From the NCBI GenBank assembly GCA_965208105.1, contig OZ242318.1, positions 3,328,001 to 3,392,000 of the forward strand: a stretch of DNA of 64,000 nt, given 5' to 3'. Within the stretch, counting starts at the first letter, position 1. Every line of letters starts with the position of its first letter. Position numbers and translations under genes: made by a program. Shown here piece by piece: positions 18,864 to 27,795 of the stretch. Source of the stretch: Candidatus Latescibacterota bacterium (GTDB lineage: Bacteria; Latescibacterota; UBA2968; UBA8231). The notes beneath the pieces are model-generated. The model saw only the letters and a list, made by a program, of their open reading frames with translations. It was not told the origin of the DNA and searched no databases.

Positions 18864-20060
18864 GTGATAAACCACGACACCATCATCAAATTACGCGCTG
18901 CGGGTCTGGTCCTGCCGCTGCTGGCTTTCATCGGCCTGACCTTCATCGCGCCGCTGGCGACGATGCTGGTGCGCAGTGTTTACGATCCGGTGGTGGCGGA
19001 GGCGCTCCCCGGGACCCTCGCTCTGCTGCGCCAATGGGACGGGGAGGGGACGCCGGGAGAGGCGGTGTACGAGGCCGCCGCCAGGGAGCTGGTCAAGGCG
19101 AGGGCGGAGCGCACCCTGGGCCAGGTCGCCACCCGCGTCAACCGGGTGCAGGGAGGTCTGCGCAGCGTCCTGACCCGCAGTGCGCGGAAGCTGCAGAAGG
19201 TAAGCGAGGGGCCCTGGCGCGAGGCCATGATCGGGATGGATGCCGCCTGGGCCGAGGGGCAGACCTGGCACGCCATCCGCCGCACCGGAGATCGTTTCAC
19301 CCTGCGGCACTATCTCAACGCCCTCGACCTGCAACGGCTGCCCGACGGCTCCATCGGCGGCCAACCCGAGGAGCGCCGCATCTACCTTTCCCTCCTGTGG
19401 CGCACCTTGCTGGTGAGCCTTGGCATCACCGCCCTGTGCCTGCTGCTGGGATATCCCATCGCCCACCTGATCGCCCACGCCCCGCCCCGGCGCTCCAACC
19501 TTCTCCTCGCCCTGGTGCTGGTCCCGTTCTGGACCTCGCTGCTGGTGCGCACCACCTCCTGGATCGTCCTGCTCCAGAACCAGGGCGTGCTCAACAATGC
19601 CATGGTGGCCCTGGGGCTGATCGGCGACGACGGCCGGCTCGCCATGATCTACAACATGACCGGCACCTTCGTGGCCATGACCCACGTGCTGCTGCCCTTC
19701 ATGGTGCTGCCCCTCTACTCGATCATGCGCGCCATCCCCCCGGTCCAGATGAGCGCCGCCGCCTCCCTGGGAGCGAGTCACCTGCAGGCCTTCGTGCGCG
19801 TCTACTGGCCGCAGACCCTGCCCGGGGTGGGAGCCGGCTCCCTGCTGGTGTTCATCCTCGCCATCGGCTACTACATCACCCCCGCGCTGGTGGGCGGCAG
19901 CCGCGGCCAGCTTATTTCCAACATGATCGCCTACCACATGCAGACCTCGCTCAACTGGGCCCTGGCCGCCGCCCTGGGCGGCCTGCTGCTGGTGTGCGTG
20001 ATGGCCCTGTACTGGCTCTACGACCGCCTGGTGGGGGTCGAAGGCATGAGGCTGGGCTGA
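18864..20060 (+). CDS. potB: Polyamine ABC transporter permease (PotB family)
   Basis: PFWTSLLVRT, LLPFMVLPLYS, AAASLGA (EAA-like loop), GYYITPALVGG. Confidence 0.9.
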   Translation: MINHDTIIKLRAAGLVLPLLAFIGLTFIAPLATMLVRSVYDPVVAEALPGTLALLRQWDGEGTPGEAVYEAAARELVKARAERTLGQVATRVNRVQGGLRSVLTRSARKLQKVSEGPWREAMIGMDAAWAEGQTWHAIRRTGDRFTLRHYLNALDLQRLPDGSIGGQPEERRIYLSLLWRTLLVSLGITALCLLLGYPIAHLIAHAPPRRSNLLLALVLVPFWTSLLVRTTSWIVLLQNQGVLNNAMVALGLIGDDGRLAMIYNMTGTFVAMTHVLLPFMVLPLYSIMRAIPPVQMSAAASLGASHLQAFVRVYWPQTLPGVGAGSLLVFILAIGYYITPALVGGSRGQLISNMIAYHMQTSLNWALAAALGGLLLVCVMALYWLYDRLVGVEGMRLG

Positions 20061-20061
20061 A

Positions 20062-20895
20062 ATGATGGAGCAGGGGCTGGGGCCGCGAATTGGCAGATTC
20101 TGCTACCTGGGGCTGTGCGCCGCGGTTTTCGCCTTCCTGGTCGCGCCGATTCTGGTGATCGTTCCCCTGAGCTTCAACGCCGAGCCCTATTTCACCTTCA
20201 CCGAAGGCATGCTGCGCCTCGATCCGGAGGCCTACTCGCTGCGCTGGTACCGGCAGATCGTCGAGGAGGATGCCTGGACCCGGGCGCTGGCCAACAGCCT
20301 GATCATCGGGGCGGCCTCCACGGCGCTGGCGACCGCGCTGGGCACCCTCGCCTCCCTGGGGCTTTCCAGCGCCGCCATGCCGGCTCGCCGCCTGGCCATG
20401 GGTCTGCTGATCTCGCCGATGGTGACCCCGGTGATCATCTCGGCGGCGGGCATGTTCTTCTTCTACTCCAGCCTGGGTCTGGCCCAGTCGTACTTCGGAC
20501 TGATCCTGGCACACGCCGCCCTGGGCACGCCCTTCGTGGTGATCACGGTAACCGCCACTCTGTCCGCCTTCGATGCCAATCTGACCCGCGCCGCCGCCAG
20601 CCTGGGGGCGGGACCGCTGCGCACCTTCCGCAGCGTGCAGCTGCCGCTGATCGCGCCGGGGGTCGTCTCCGGGGCCCTGTTCGCCTTCGCCACCTCGTTC
20701 GACGAAGTGGTGGTGGTGCTCTTCATGGCCGGGGTGGAGCAGCGCACCATCCCGCGCCAGATGTGGGCGGGCATCCGCGAGCAGATCAGCCCCACCATCC
20801 TGGCCGTGGCGACCTTCCTGATCGTCTTCGCGGTGTTGCTGCTGTTCGTGGTCGAATGGCTGCGCCGGCGGTCGAGTGCGGGTGCGGCCGCTTGA
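20062..20895 (+). CDS. potC: Polyamine ABC transporter permease (PotC family)
   Basis: YSLRWY, RAAASLGA, FATSFDEVVV. Confidence 0.9.
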   Translation: MMEQGLGPRIGRFCYLGLCAAVFAFLVAPILVIVPLSFNAEPYFTFTEGMLRLDPEAYSLRWYRQIVEEDAWTRALANSLIIGAASTALATALGTLASLGLSSAAMPARRLAMGLLISPMVTPVIISAAGMFFFYSSLGLAQSYFGLILAHAALGTPFVVITVTATLSAFDANLTRAAASLGAGPLRTFRSVQLPLIAPGVVSGALFAFATSFDEVVVVLFMAGVEQRTIPRQMWAGIREQISPTILAVATFLIVFAVLLLFVVEWLRRRSSAGAAA

Positions 20896-20934
20896 GCTAC
20901 TCTTCCGGTGCCCCCTGGCGAGAACTACCGGGCG

Positions 20935-22551
20935 TCAGGCGTCGAGCAGCGTTCTGGCGGCCTGGCGCGCCTCGTCCAGGGTTGCGACGATGCGCTCCGG
21001 CGGAACGTTCCGCAGGATGTCGAGGGTTTGCAGGGTATTCTCCACCGAGCCGGAGAGGCCCATCACGATGCATTCGGTCTTCTCTCCCCTGGCCACCCCA
21101 AGGAGTTGCTCGATGACCATGGCGGCGCTGTCGTCCAGGTAGGAGGCTTCCGAGAAGTCGAAGATGACGGCCTCGTGGTCCTTGATGTCGGCGCCGATCA
21201 CCCCGACCAGCTTGTTGGACGAGGCCACGGTGAGCCGCCCCCTCAGGGCAACGAGACCTACCCGGGCGGCGAAGGGGTCTTCTGCGGCAGCCTCTTTCTT
21301 CTCGGCCAGAAAGGTCTGGTCGAGCATGGGCACGGAGACCACGCTGTCGAGTTCCAGGCCTTCCAACTGGCGGGAGTTGGCCATGCCCGCTGCGATCAGT
21401 CCTATCGCCACGGCGGTTACCAGGTCGACGAACACCGTGAGGCTCAGGGTGATCATCATTACCAGAAGGTGCTCGCGCCGGATGCGGTGGACCCGGGTGA
21501 GAAGGCGCCAGTCAATAATGTCCCAGCCGACCTTCATGAGAATGCCGGCCAGAACCGCATGGGGTATGGGCTCCACAAATCGGCCCAGTCCGAGCAGCAG
21601 CCCCAGCAGAATCAGCGCGCGCATCGCGCCGGAAACCGGGGTCCGCCCGCCGGCGCGGATGTTGACCACGGTGCCCATGGTTGCCCCGGCGCCAGGCAGG
21701 CCCCCGAACAGTCCGGCAACCATGTTGCCGATGCCCTGGCCCACCAGCTCCCGGTTGGGGTTGTGGCGAGTACCGGTGAGGGAGTCGGCTATCAGGGAGG
21801 TCAGGAGGCTGTCTATGGAACCCAGCAGGGCGAGGATGACAGCGGGCTCCAGGGCCCTGGCCAGGAAGCTGGCCGAAGGCAGGGAGAGCTGCAGGCTCGG
21901 CAGGGTGGTCGGAATGGGTCCGATTATCGGTGCGTTGCTCAGCCACAGCACTCCCAGCATGGTGCCGACAACCAGCGCCATCAGAGGAGCGGGAAGGTAT
22001 TTCGAGAAGCGGCGGGGCCAGAGCACTCCCACCGCGAGAGTGACGGCGGCTATGGCGAAGGCACTGGTGTTGATCTGGGCTGCAGCCTCGGGCAGGGCGG
22101 CAATCGCGCCCATAGGTCCGCCCGACGCGGTGGGCGCTCCAAGGAACGGCAGGGCCTGAATCAGCATGATGATGATGCCGATGCCGGACATGAACCCGGA
22201 AATGACCACGTAGGGAGTATAGGCCACAAAGCGGCCGATTCTCAACAACCCGAGGAGGACCTGCAGCAGGCCTCCCAGAACAACCACAGTCAAAGCTTCG
22301 GTGAGGGTGGAGGCGTGGGTGGTGACGATGACTGCCATGGCGACGGTCATCGGACCCGTAGGACCGGAAATCTGGGACCGCGTACCGCCGAACACCGAGG
22401 CGAAAAAGCCCACGGCAATGGCGCCGTACAAGCCTGCGGCGGCCCCCAGACCCGACGCTACTCCGAAGGCCAGGGCCACTGGCAGCGCCACCACGGTGGC
22501 GGTCAGGCCGCCGAAGAGATCCCCCCGCAGGGTATGGAAATCGTATTTCAT
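20935..22551 (-). CDS. SulP/SLC26 family anion transporter with C-terminal STAS
   Basis: LPVALAFG...GLYGAI...ISGPTGP, NRELVGQGIGN, STAS IFDFSEASYLDDSA. Confidence 0.93.
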   Translation of the reverse strand: MKYDFHTLRGDLFGGLTATVVALPVALAFGVASGLGAAAGLYGAIAVGFFASVFGGTRSQISGPTGPMTVAMAVIVTTHASTLTEALTVVVLGGLLQVLLGLLRIGRFVAYTPYVVISGFMSGIGIIIMLIQALPFLGAPTASGGPMGAIAALPEAAAQINTSAFAIAAVTLAVGVLWPRRFSKYLPAPLMALVVGTMLGVLWLSNAPIIGPIPTTLPSLQLSLPSASFLARALEPAVILALLGSIDSLLTSLIADSLTGTRHNPNRELVGQGIGNMVAGLFGGLPGAGATMGTVVNIRAGGRTPVSGAMRALILLGLLLGLGRFVEPIPHAVLAGILMKVGWDIIDWRLLTRVHRIRREHLLVMMITLSLTVFVDLVTAVAIGLIAAGMANSRQLEGLELDSVVSVPMLDQTFLAEKKEAAAEDPFAARVGLVALRGRLTVASSNKLVGVIGADIKDHEAVIFDFSEASYLDDSAAMVIEQLLGVARGEKTECIVMGLSGSVENTLQTLDILRNVPPERIVATLDEARQAARTLLDA

Positions 22552-22810
22552 GGAATGGTCTCCTTACAGTGGCTGGAGCGCGCCGGACCGGAGCAAGGCG
22601 AAGGAATAATTCACCTCCATGATTCAGGCCGGGTATATTCCGGATGAACGGGACCCGGCCGATTCCATCCGGCCAGGCAAATGGGAATTAATGCCACGTT
22701 CTCCGGTGACGCAACAACTTCGCAGCCTTCTCCCTCCGTTGGCGGACTGGAGAGGATGTGCTTGACTCTCAGGTCGTATATGGTATTTTCCAACGAAAAA
22801 GGAATGGACG

Positions 22811-23467
22811 ATGCTGAGGTTCCCTGAAGAGCTCATGCTGCTGATCCTCGACGATGAGAACGGGAAATTCGCCCACGTTCCCGAGCGCCACCTGCGCTAC
22901 GCGATGGCGGGTGGAGTCCTCATGGACCTTGCCCTGGAGAACCGCATCGACACGGACCTGAAGCAGCTTATCCTCGTCGATTCGAGTCCGGTCGGGGACA
23001 GTCTGCTCGACCCGACCCTCGCGGATATTTCTCAGGAAACCGGGAGCCACGATGCGCGCTTCTGGGTGGAGCGCACTGCATTCCAGAGCGCCGACGCGAT
23101 TCGCGAAGAGGCGCTCGACCGGCTGGTGGAGCGCGGAATTCTGAAGCGCCAGGACGACAGGTTTCTGTGGGTCTTCCGGTCTCGGCGGTACCCGGTCATA
23201 GATGACCGGGCAGAACGGGAGGTCAAGCTCAGGATCATGGAAATTCTGTTCAGCGACGAGCTTCCCGACCCGCGCGATGTTGTGATCATCGGGCTGGCGC
23301 ATGCCTGCAACCTGTTCAGGCAGATTCTGTCTGCTCGTGAGTTGGAGCATGTTGCTCCTCGCATCGATCAAGTGCGCCGGCTCGACCTGATCGGCCAGGC
23401 CATGTCCCAGGCCATAACCGATATTGAAGTGTCACTTGCCCTCGCGGTGCAGATGAGGCCATATTAG
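22811..23467 (+). CDS. GPP34/GOLPH3 (Vps74) family protein
   Basis: EELMLLILDDENG, AGGVLMDLALENRI, GDSLLD, LVERGIL...LWVFRSRRYP. Confidence 0.85.
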   Translation: MLRFPEELMLLILDDENGKFAHVPERHLRYAMAGGVLMDLALENRIDTDLKQLILVDSSPVGDSLLDPTLADISQETGSHDARFWVERTAFQSADAIREEALDRLVERGILKRQDDRFLWVFRSRRYPVIDDRAEREVKLRIMEILFSDELPDPRDVVIIGLAHACNLFRQILSARELEHVAPRIDQVRRLDLIGQAMSQAITDIEVSLALAVQMRPY

Positions 23468-23658
23468 CCTTTGCCACAGGACGGGGCTCTGCAGGTTTCG
23501 CGGCGTGCCCCGGGCAGGATCCAGGGCCCGTATTGTTGGTTGGAGGGGTCAGTGGCCGGCAGGCAAGCAGGCGGGGGTGAAACCGCGCTTGCCGTCAGGG
23601 ATTTTCCGGAGAATTGGAATCAGGTCGTCAATCATTCATCAAGGGAGACTTGGGAAAG

Positions 23659-23991
23659 ATGGAAATTAAGGTCGAACGCGAGAACGGCACTCTGATCGCC
23701 CAGGTGGAAGGCCGGGTCGATAGTGCCAATGCCCGCGAATTCGAACAGGTACTCACTGAAGCCATCGGCGATGCCCAGGCCGTGGTCGTCGATTTCGAGG
23801 GTCTTTCCTACATCAGCAGCTCGGGCCTCCGCGTCCTTCTGCTGGTGGCCAAGACCTTGCGGCAGCGGTCGGCCAACCTGGCCCTGTGCGCCCTTTCGGA
23901 GTCGATCCGGGAAGTTTTCGAGATCAGTGGCTTCGACAAGATTATTGAGATTCACGATACCCGCGCCGAGGCCCTGGCAGCACAAGGCTAG
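23659..23991 (+). CDS. rsbV: STAS anti-anti-sigma factor (RsbV/SpoIIAA-like), copy 1
   Basis: GRVDS, DFEGLSYISSSGLRVLL phosphoacceptor motif; 110 aa. Confidence 0.92.
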   Translation: MEIKVERENGTLIAQVEGRVDSANAREFEQVLTEAIGDAQAVVVDFEGLSYISSSGLRVLLLVAKTLRQRSANLALCALSESIREVFEISGFDKIIEIHDTRAEALAAQG

Positions 23992-24259
23992 TGCCCCCGG
24001 CGCAATCCAGGATGCCGCCCGGGACCCCGGGTGAGCCCGAACAGGCGCTTCCTCGAGGATGCAGTGGGAGTGGCCTTCCGCTGATCGAACAGGGGCTGCT
24101 GAATCAGGCGGACATCCGGCGGGGAGGGCGCAGGAAGCTGCCGCCGACCGCTCCCCGAGACCTTTTCATCCCCAGAATCATGTCCCTTATCCTCTTCCCC
24201 TCCGATTACTTCCAGGCCATACAACCCATCTGGCGCCGCAGCGCCCGGAGTTGAACCCA

Positions 24260-25426
24260 ATGGAAACGTCTTACAAGATCCTCGTAGTGGACGACGAACC
24301 CGACCTCGAACATCTCGTGCGGCAGCGCATGCGCCGCGACGTTCGCGCCGGACGCTACTCTTTCACCTTTGCCCACAACGGCGTCGAGGCACTGGAACGG
24401 CTCAACGAGGAGCCGGACATAGACATGGTGCTCACCGACATCAATATGCCCCAGATGGACGGGCTCACCCTGCTCGAGCAGATCCCCAAGGTCGACCCGG
24501 ACATCCGTTCCGTGATCGTCTCGGCATATGGAGACATGAAGAACATCCGCACCGCAATGAACCGCGGCGCCTTCGACTTTGTCACCAAGCCCATAGATTT
24601 CCAGGATCTGCGCGTCACCATCGACCGCACCTTGCACCACCTTACCCTTTGGCGCGAAGCCCTGGCCTCCCGCGACAAGCTGGTGGCGCTGCAGAACGAG
24701 CTGCACGTGGCCAGCCAGATGCAGCAGTCGATTCTGCCCACCAGCTTTCCCGAGCGTCCCGGCTGTCAGGTCTTCGGCAACATGGAGCCCGCCCGCGAGG
24801 TGGGAGGAGACTTCTTCGATGTAATAAGCCTGGAGCACGGCCGTCTCGGGCTGGCTATCGCCGACGTCTCCGACAAGGGTGTTCCCGCGGCGTTGTTCAT
24901 GATGTCAAGCCGCACCCTGCTCAAGGGAGCGGCCATTGGAGACTCGAATCCGGGAACGGTGCTGGCGGAGGCCAACCGGCTGCTTGAGCAGGAAAACGAA
25001 GCCTCCCTGTTCGTCACCATGTTTTACGCAGTGTTCGACCCTGAGAGCGGCGAACTGGTGTACGCCAACGGCGGGCACAATCCACCGTTGATTCTCCACC
25101 CTGACGGCAGTTCGACTCTGCTGCCCTCCACCTCGGGGATCGCCCTGGGATTGCTGCCGGACTTCGACTACGAGCAGGACACCGTCATCCTGTCGGCCGG
25201 CGATATTCTCGTGCTCTACACGGACGGCGTCACCGAGGCCATGAACAGCGACGACGAGGAGTTCGGGCTGGAGCGCCTGCACCAGGTGCTGGCCGAAGCG
25301 CCGCAGGAGGACGCCCGCGCGGCCAATCAGGCTGTTTTCGCCGCAGTGGGGGAGTTCGCCGGGGAAAGGCCGCAGTTCGACGACATCACCTGCGTGACCT
25401 TGCGCTACAGCGGCCAGGGCCAATGA
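24260..25426 (+). CDS. rsbU: Receiver domain plus PP2C (SpoIIE) phosphatase, RsbU/RsbY-like
   Basis: ILVVDDE, LTDINMPQMDG, FVTKP; VGGDFFD, ADVSDKG, YTDGVTEA, FDDIT. Confidence 0.92.
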   Translation: METSYKILVVDDEPDLEHLVRQRMRRDVRAGRYSFTFAHNGVEALERLNEEPDIDMVLTDINMPQMDGLTLLEQIPKVDPDIRSVIVSAYGDMKNIRTAMNRGAFDFVTKPIDFQDLRVTIDRTLHHLTLWREALASRDKLVALQNELHVASQMQQSILPTSFPERPGCQVFGNMEPAREVGGDFFDVISLEHGRLGLAIADVSDKGVPAALFMMSSRTLLKGAAIGDSNPGTVLAEANRLLEQENEASLFVTMFYAVFDPESGELVYANGGHNPPLILHPDGSSTLLPSTSGIALGLLPDFDYEQDTVILSAGDILVLYTDGVTEAMNSDDEEFGLERLHQVLAEAPQEDARAANQAVFAAVGEFAGERPQFDDITCVTLRYSGQGQ

Positions 25427-25845
25427 GCACAAAGAGGTCGCTGCGGATCGCGACGGATCTCGGCGAGCTGGAGCGCATCCAGGCCGCAGTGGAAGAGCTG
25501 GAACAGGAGGCGGGCTGGACGCCCGACTTCGTCTACCAGGTCAACCTCGCTCTCGAGGAGCTGGTCGTAAACGTCATCAACTACGGCCACGGCGGCGACC
25601 CCAATCACGAAATCGAGGTGGTCTTCGACTGGGACGCGGACAGGCTCACCATCGAGATGGTGGACGACGCACCTGCCTTCAATCCCCTGGAAGATGCCCC
25701 CGACCCCGATCTGGCCTCGGAGCTGGAAGAGCGGCACGTGGGCGGCCTGGGAATCTACCTGGTCCACACCCTGATGGACGAGTTGAACTACAGGCGCGAG
25801 CGGGACCGCAATCATCTGACACTGATCAAGCGCGTGAAGGGTTGA
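25423..25845 (+). CDS. rsbW: RsbW-like anti-sigma factor/Ser kinase (HATPase_c_2), copy 1
   Basis: EELVVNVINYG N-box, GGLGIYLV G2 box; ATGA overlap with phosphatase stop. Confidence 0.92.
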   Translation: MSTKRSLRIATDLGELERIQAAVEELEQEAGWTPDFVYQVNLALEELVVNVINYGHGGDPNHEIEVVFDWDADRLTIEMVDDAPAFNPLEDAPDPDLASELEERHVGGLGIYLVHTLMDELNYRRERDRNHLTLIKRVKG

Positions 25846-25930
25846 GCAAGGGGTTCACCTTGCCCATCTCTCCTCTTCCGCACCCTCGTTGAAGAGTCTG
25901 GCAGCCCATTGAGAAAGTCCATCCGGGCTG

Positions 25931-27673
25931 CTAGGAGGCGCTCTCGATCCGCACCGCAATTATATCCATGTCGTTGTACTTCTGGTGGCGCACCGAAGAG
26001 GCGTAGTGCCGCAGCAGGCGGAACGAAATCTCGCGTTCGTCCACGAGCTCGGGCTGTTCGCTGAGATAGGCCAGCCGGTCCTCGACGTTCTCTCCCGCGG
26101 AAGAGGCGAGGAACTCCAGCTCCGCGGCGCCTTCGGCCACACGCGCATTGAGGATCAGCCGGCCTCCCCCGGCACCATCCTCGCCCCCATTCTGTTGTAC
26201 CAGGATTGCCAGCGTCTCTTCTCCCGCGGCGCGCAGACGTTCGGTCGAGGCTTCGTTCCAGCCTATTTTCGCGGAGAACCTCTGGAGGAAGCTGTCGATC
26301 TCAGGCAGGGAACGGTCGGCCAGCTCGACCTCCAGCCGCCGCTTCCGCGCTCCCGTCCACTCCAGGAACGCGGTCAGCAGGATCGCGGCCAGACCCCCGG
26401 CGGTCATGCCGTTGCCGAGCAGGTTGCCCCAGGTACTGCCCAGCAGGTCGGCGAAGATCACCTGGTTCTGAAAGCCCACACCGATCCAGAAGGACAGACC
26501 CGCGATGGCGGCCTTGCGGTGATCGAGCCCGCTTTCGACGACCAGCTTCATTCCCTGTACGAAGAGCAGAGCGATGAGGAGGGTGACATAGGCCGCGCCT
26601 ACGGGATTGGGAATGGCGATCAGGAGGGCCGTAACCTTGGGAGACAGGGCCAGGAGTATGAAAATGATGCCGATGTAGACCCCGACGCGGCGTGCGGCGA
26701 CCCCGGTCAGCTCTGCTAGGGAAATGCTGGTGGAGTAGGTGGTGTTGGGCGGGGTCCCCGCGAGCCCGGAGAGCAGGTTGCCCATGCCGTCGGCGTTCAG
26801 GGCACCCTGGACCAGGCGAAAATCAGTTGCCCTCCGCTGCCGCCTCGAGACCCTTTGAATTGCGACGCCGTCGCCGATGGTTTCAATGGCGCCCACCAGG
26901 GTCACGACAATGAATGCCGGCAGAAGGGCCCAGAACTCCGCACCCAGGGAAAGGTCCAATCCGGGCCAGGAACTGTCGGGGAGTCCGATCCAGGGGGCCT
27001 GGATCACTGGCTGAAGGTCGAATAGTCCGAAGGGGGCGGCCACGGCGCATCCCGCCGCGATGCCGATGAGCGGCGCCCACAGCCGCCAGGTTACCGGTGC
27101 CCGCAGCGTAAGGACCACGAGGACGGCGAGGGTCGCTCCCGAGGCGGCGGGGGCCGCCTCGACGGGGGTGCCGGCGGGAACCTCGGTCAGCAGGCCGAAG
27201 ATGACCGGCATTACGGTGACCGCGATCAGCATGATCACCGTTCCGGAGACCACCGGAGTGATGATTCGGCGCAGCAGCGAAAGGCGCGCGGCCAGAGCGA
27301 ACTGAACCAGGGAAGAAGCTACTATCAGGGTCGCCATCAGAGACGGCCCACCCTTCACCAGAGCAGCGATGCAGACCGCAATGAAAGCGCCTGAAGTGCC
27401 CATGATGAGCACGTGCCCGGCCCCGATGCGGCCGACCCGGACCGCCTGCAGGACAGTGCTGACTCCACTGATCATCAGCGCTGCGAAGGCCACCCAGGTC
27501 AGGTAGCTCTGGGGCTGTTCGGCGGCCCTGGCGATGATGACCGCGCTGAGCACCACCGGCGCCAAGACGACGACCGCCGCCTGAAATCCGGCCCCTGCGG
27601 CTACCGAGTGGGGTGGCCGCTCCTCTGGCTCGAAGCGGATGTTTCCGGTTCCCTGCGCAGTTTCCAAGGCCAT
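25931..27673 (-). CDS. NCS2 (uracil/xanthine permease family) protein with C-terminal degenerate RsbW-like domain
   Basis: SGVSTVLQ, TPVVSGTVIMLI, ETIGD, ADGMGNLLSG, LTGVAAR; ~137-aa soluble tail aligning by eye to the neighbouring RsbW proteins. Confidence 0.88.
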   Translation of the reverse strand: MALETAQGTGNIRFEPEERPPHSVAAGAGFQAAVVVLAPVVLSAVIIARAAEQPQSYLTWVAFAALMISGVSTVLQAVRVGRIGAGHVLIMGTSGAFIAVCIAALVKGGPSLMATLIVASSLVQFALAARLSLLRRIITPVVSGTVIMLIAVTVMPVIFGLLTEVPAGTPVEAAPAASGATLAVLVVLTLRAPVTWRLWAPLIGIAAGCAVAAPFGLFDLQPVIQAPWIGLPDSSWPGLDLSLGAEFWALLPAFIVVTLVGAIETIGDGVAIQRVSRRQRRATDFRLVQGALNADGMGNLLSGLAGTPPNTTYSTSISLAELTGVAARRVGVYIGIIFILLALSPKVTALLIAIPNPVGAAYVTLLIALLFVQGMKLVVESGLDHRKAAIAGLSFWIGVGFQNQVIFADLLGSTWGNLLGNGMTAGGLAAILLTAFLEWTGARKRRLEVELADRSLPEIDSFLQRFSAKIGWNEASTERLRAAGEETLAILVQQNGGEDGAGGGRLILNARVAEGAAELEFLASSAGENVEDRLAYLSEQPELVDEREISFRLLRHYASSVRHQKYNDMDIIAVRIESAS

Positions 27674-27795
27674 CTCCCTGATTCAGGTTGAACAAATCGC
27701 CAGAAAGGCCGCTGCCGGGTGCTGCAAGCCGGGGAAGGAACCCCGGCAACCTGGCCGCGGACCACCTCTTTCCAGCCGATTTGAGACAGGATCTT

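Noticed and set aside
22564-22620. Possible 18-codon uORF (MEVNYSFALLRSGALQPL) upstream of sulP on the minus strand
   Set aside because: No RBS or attenuator structure; likely chance
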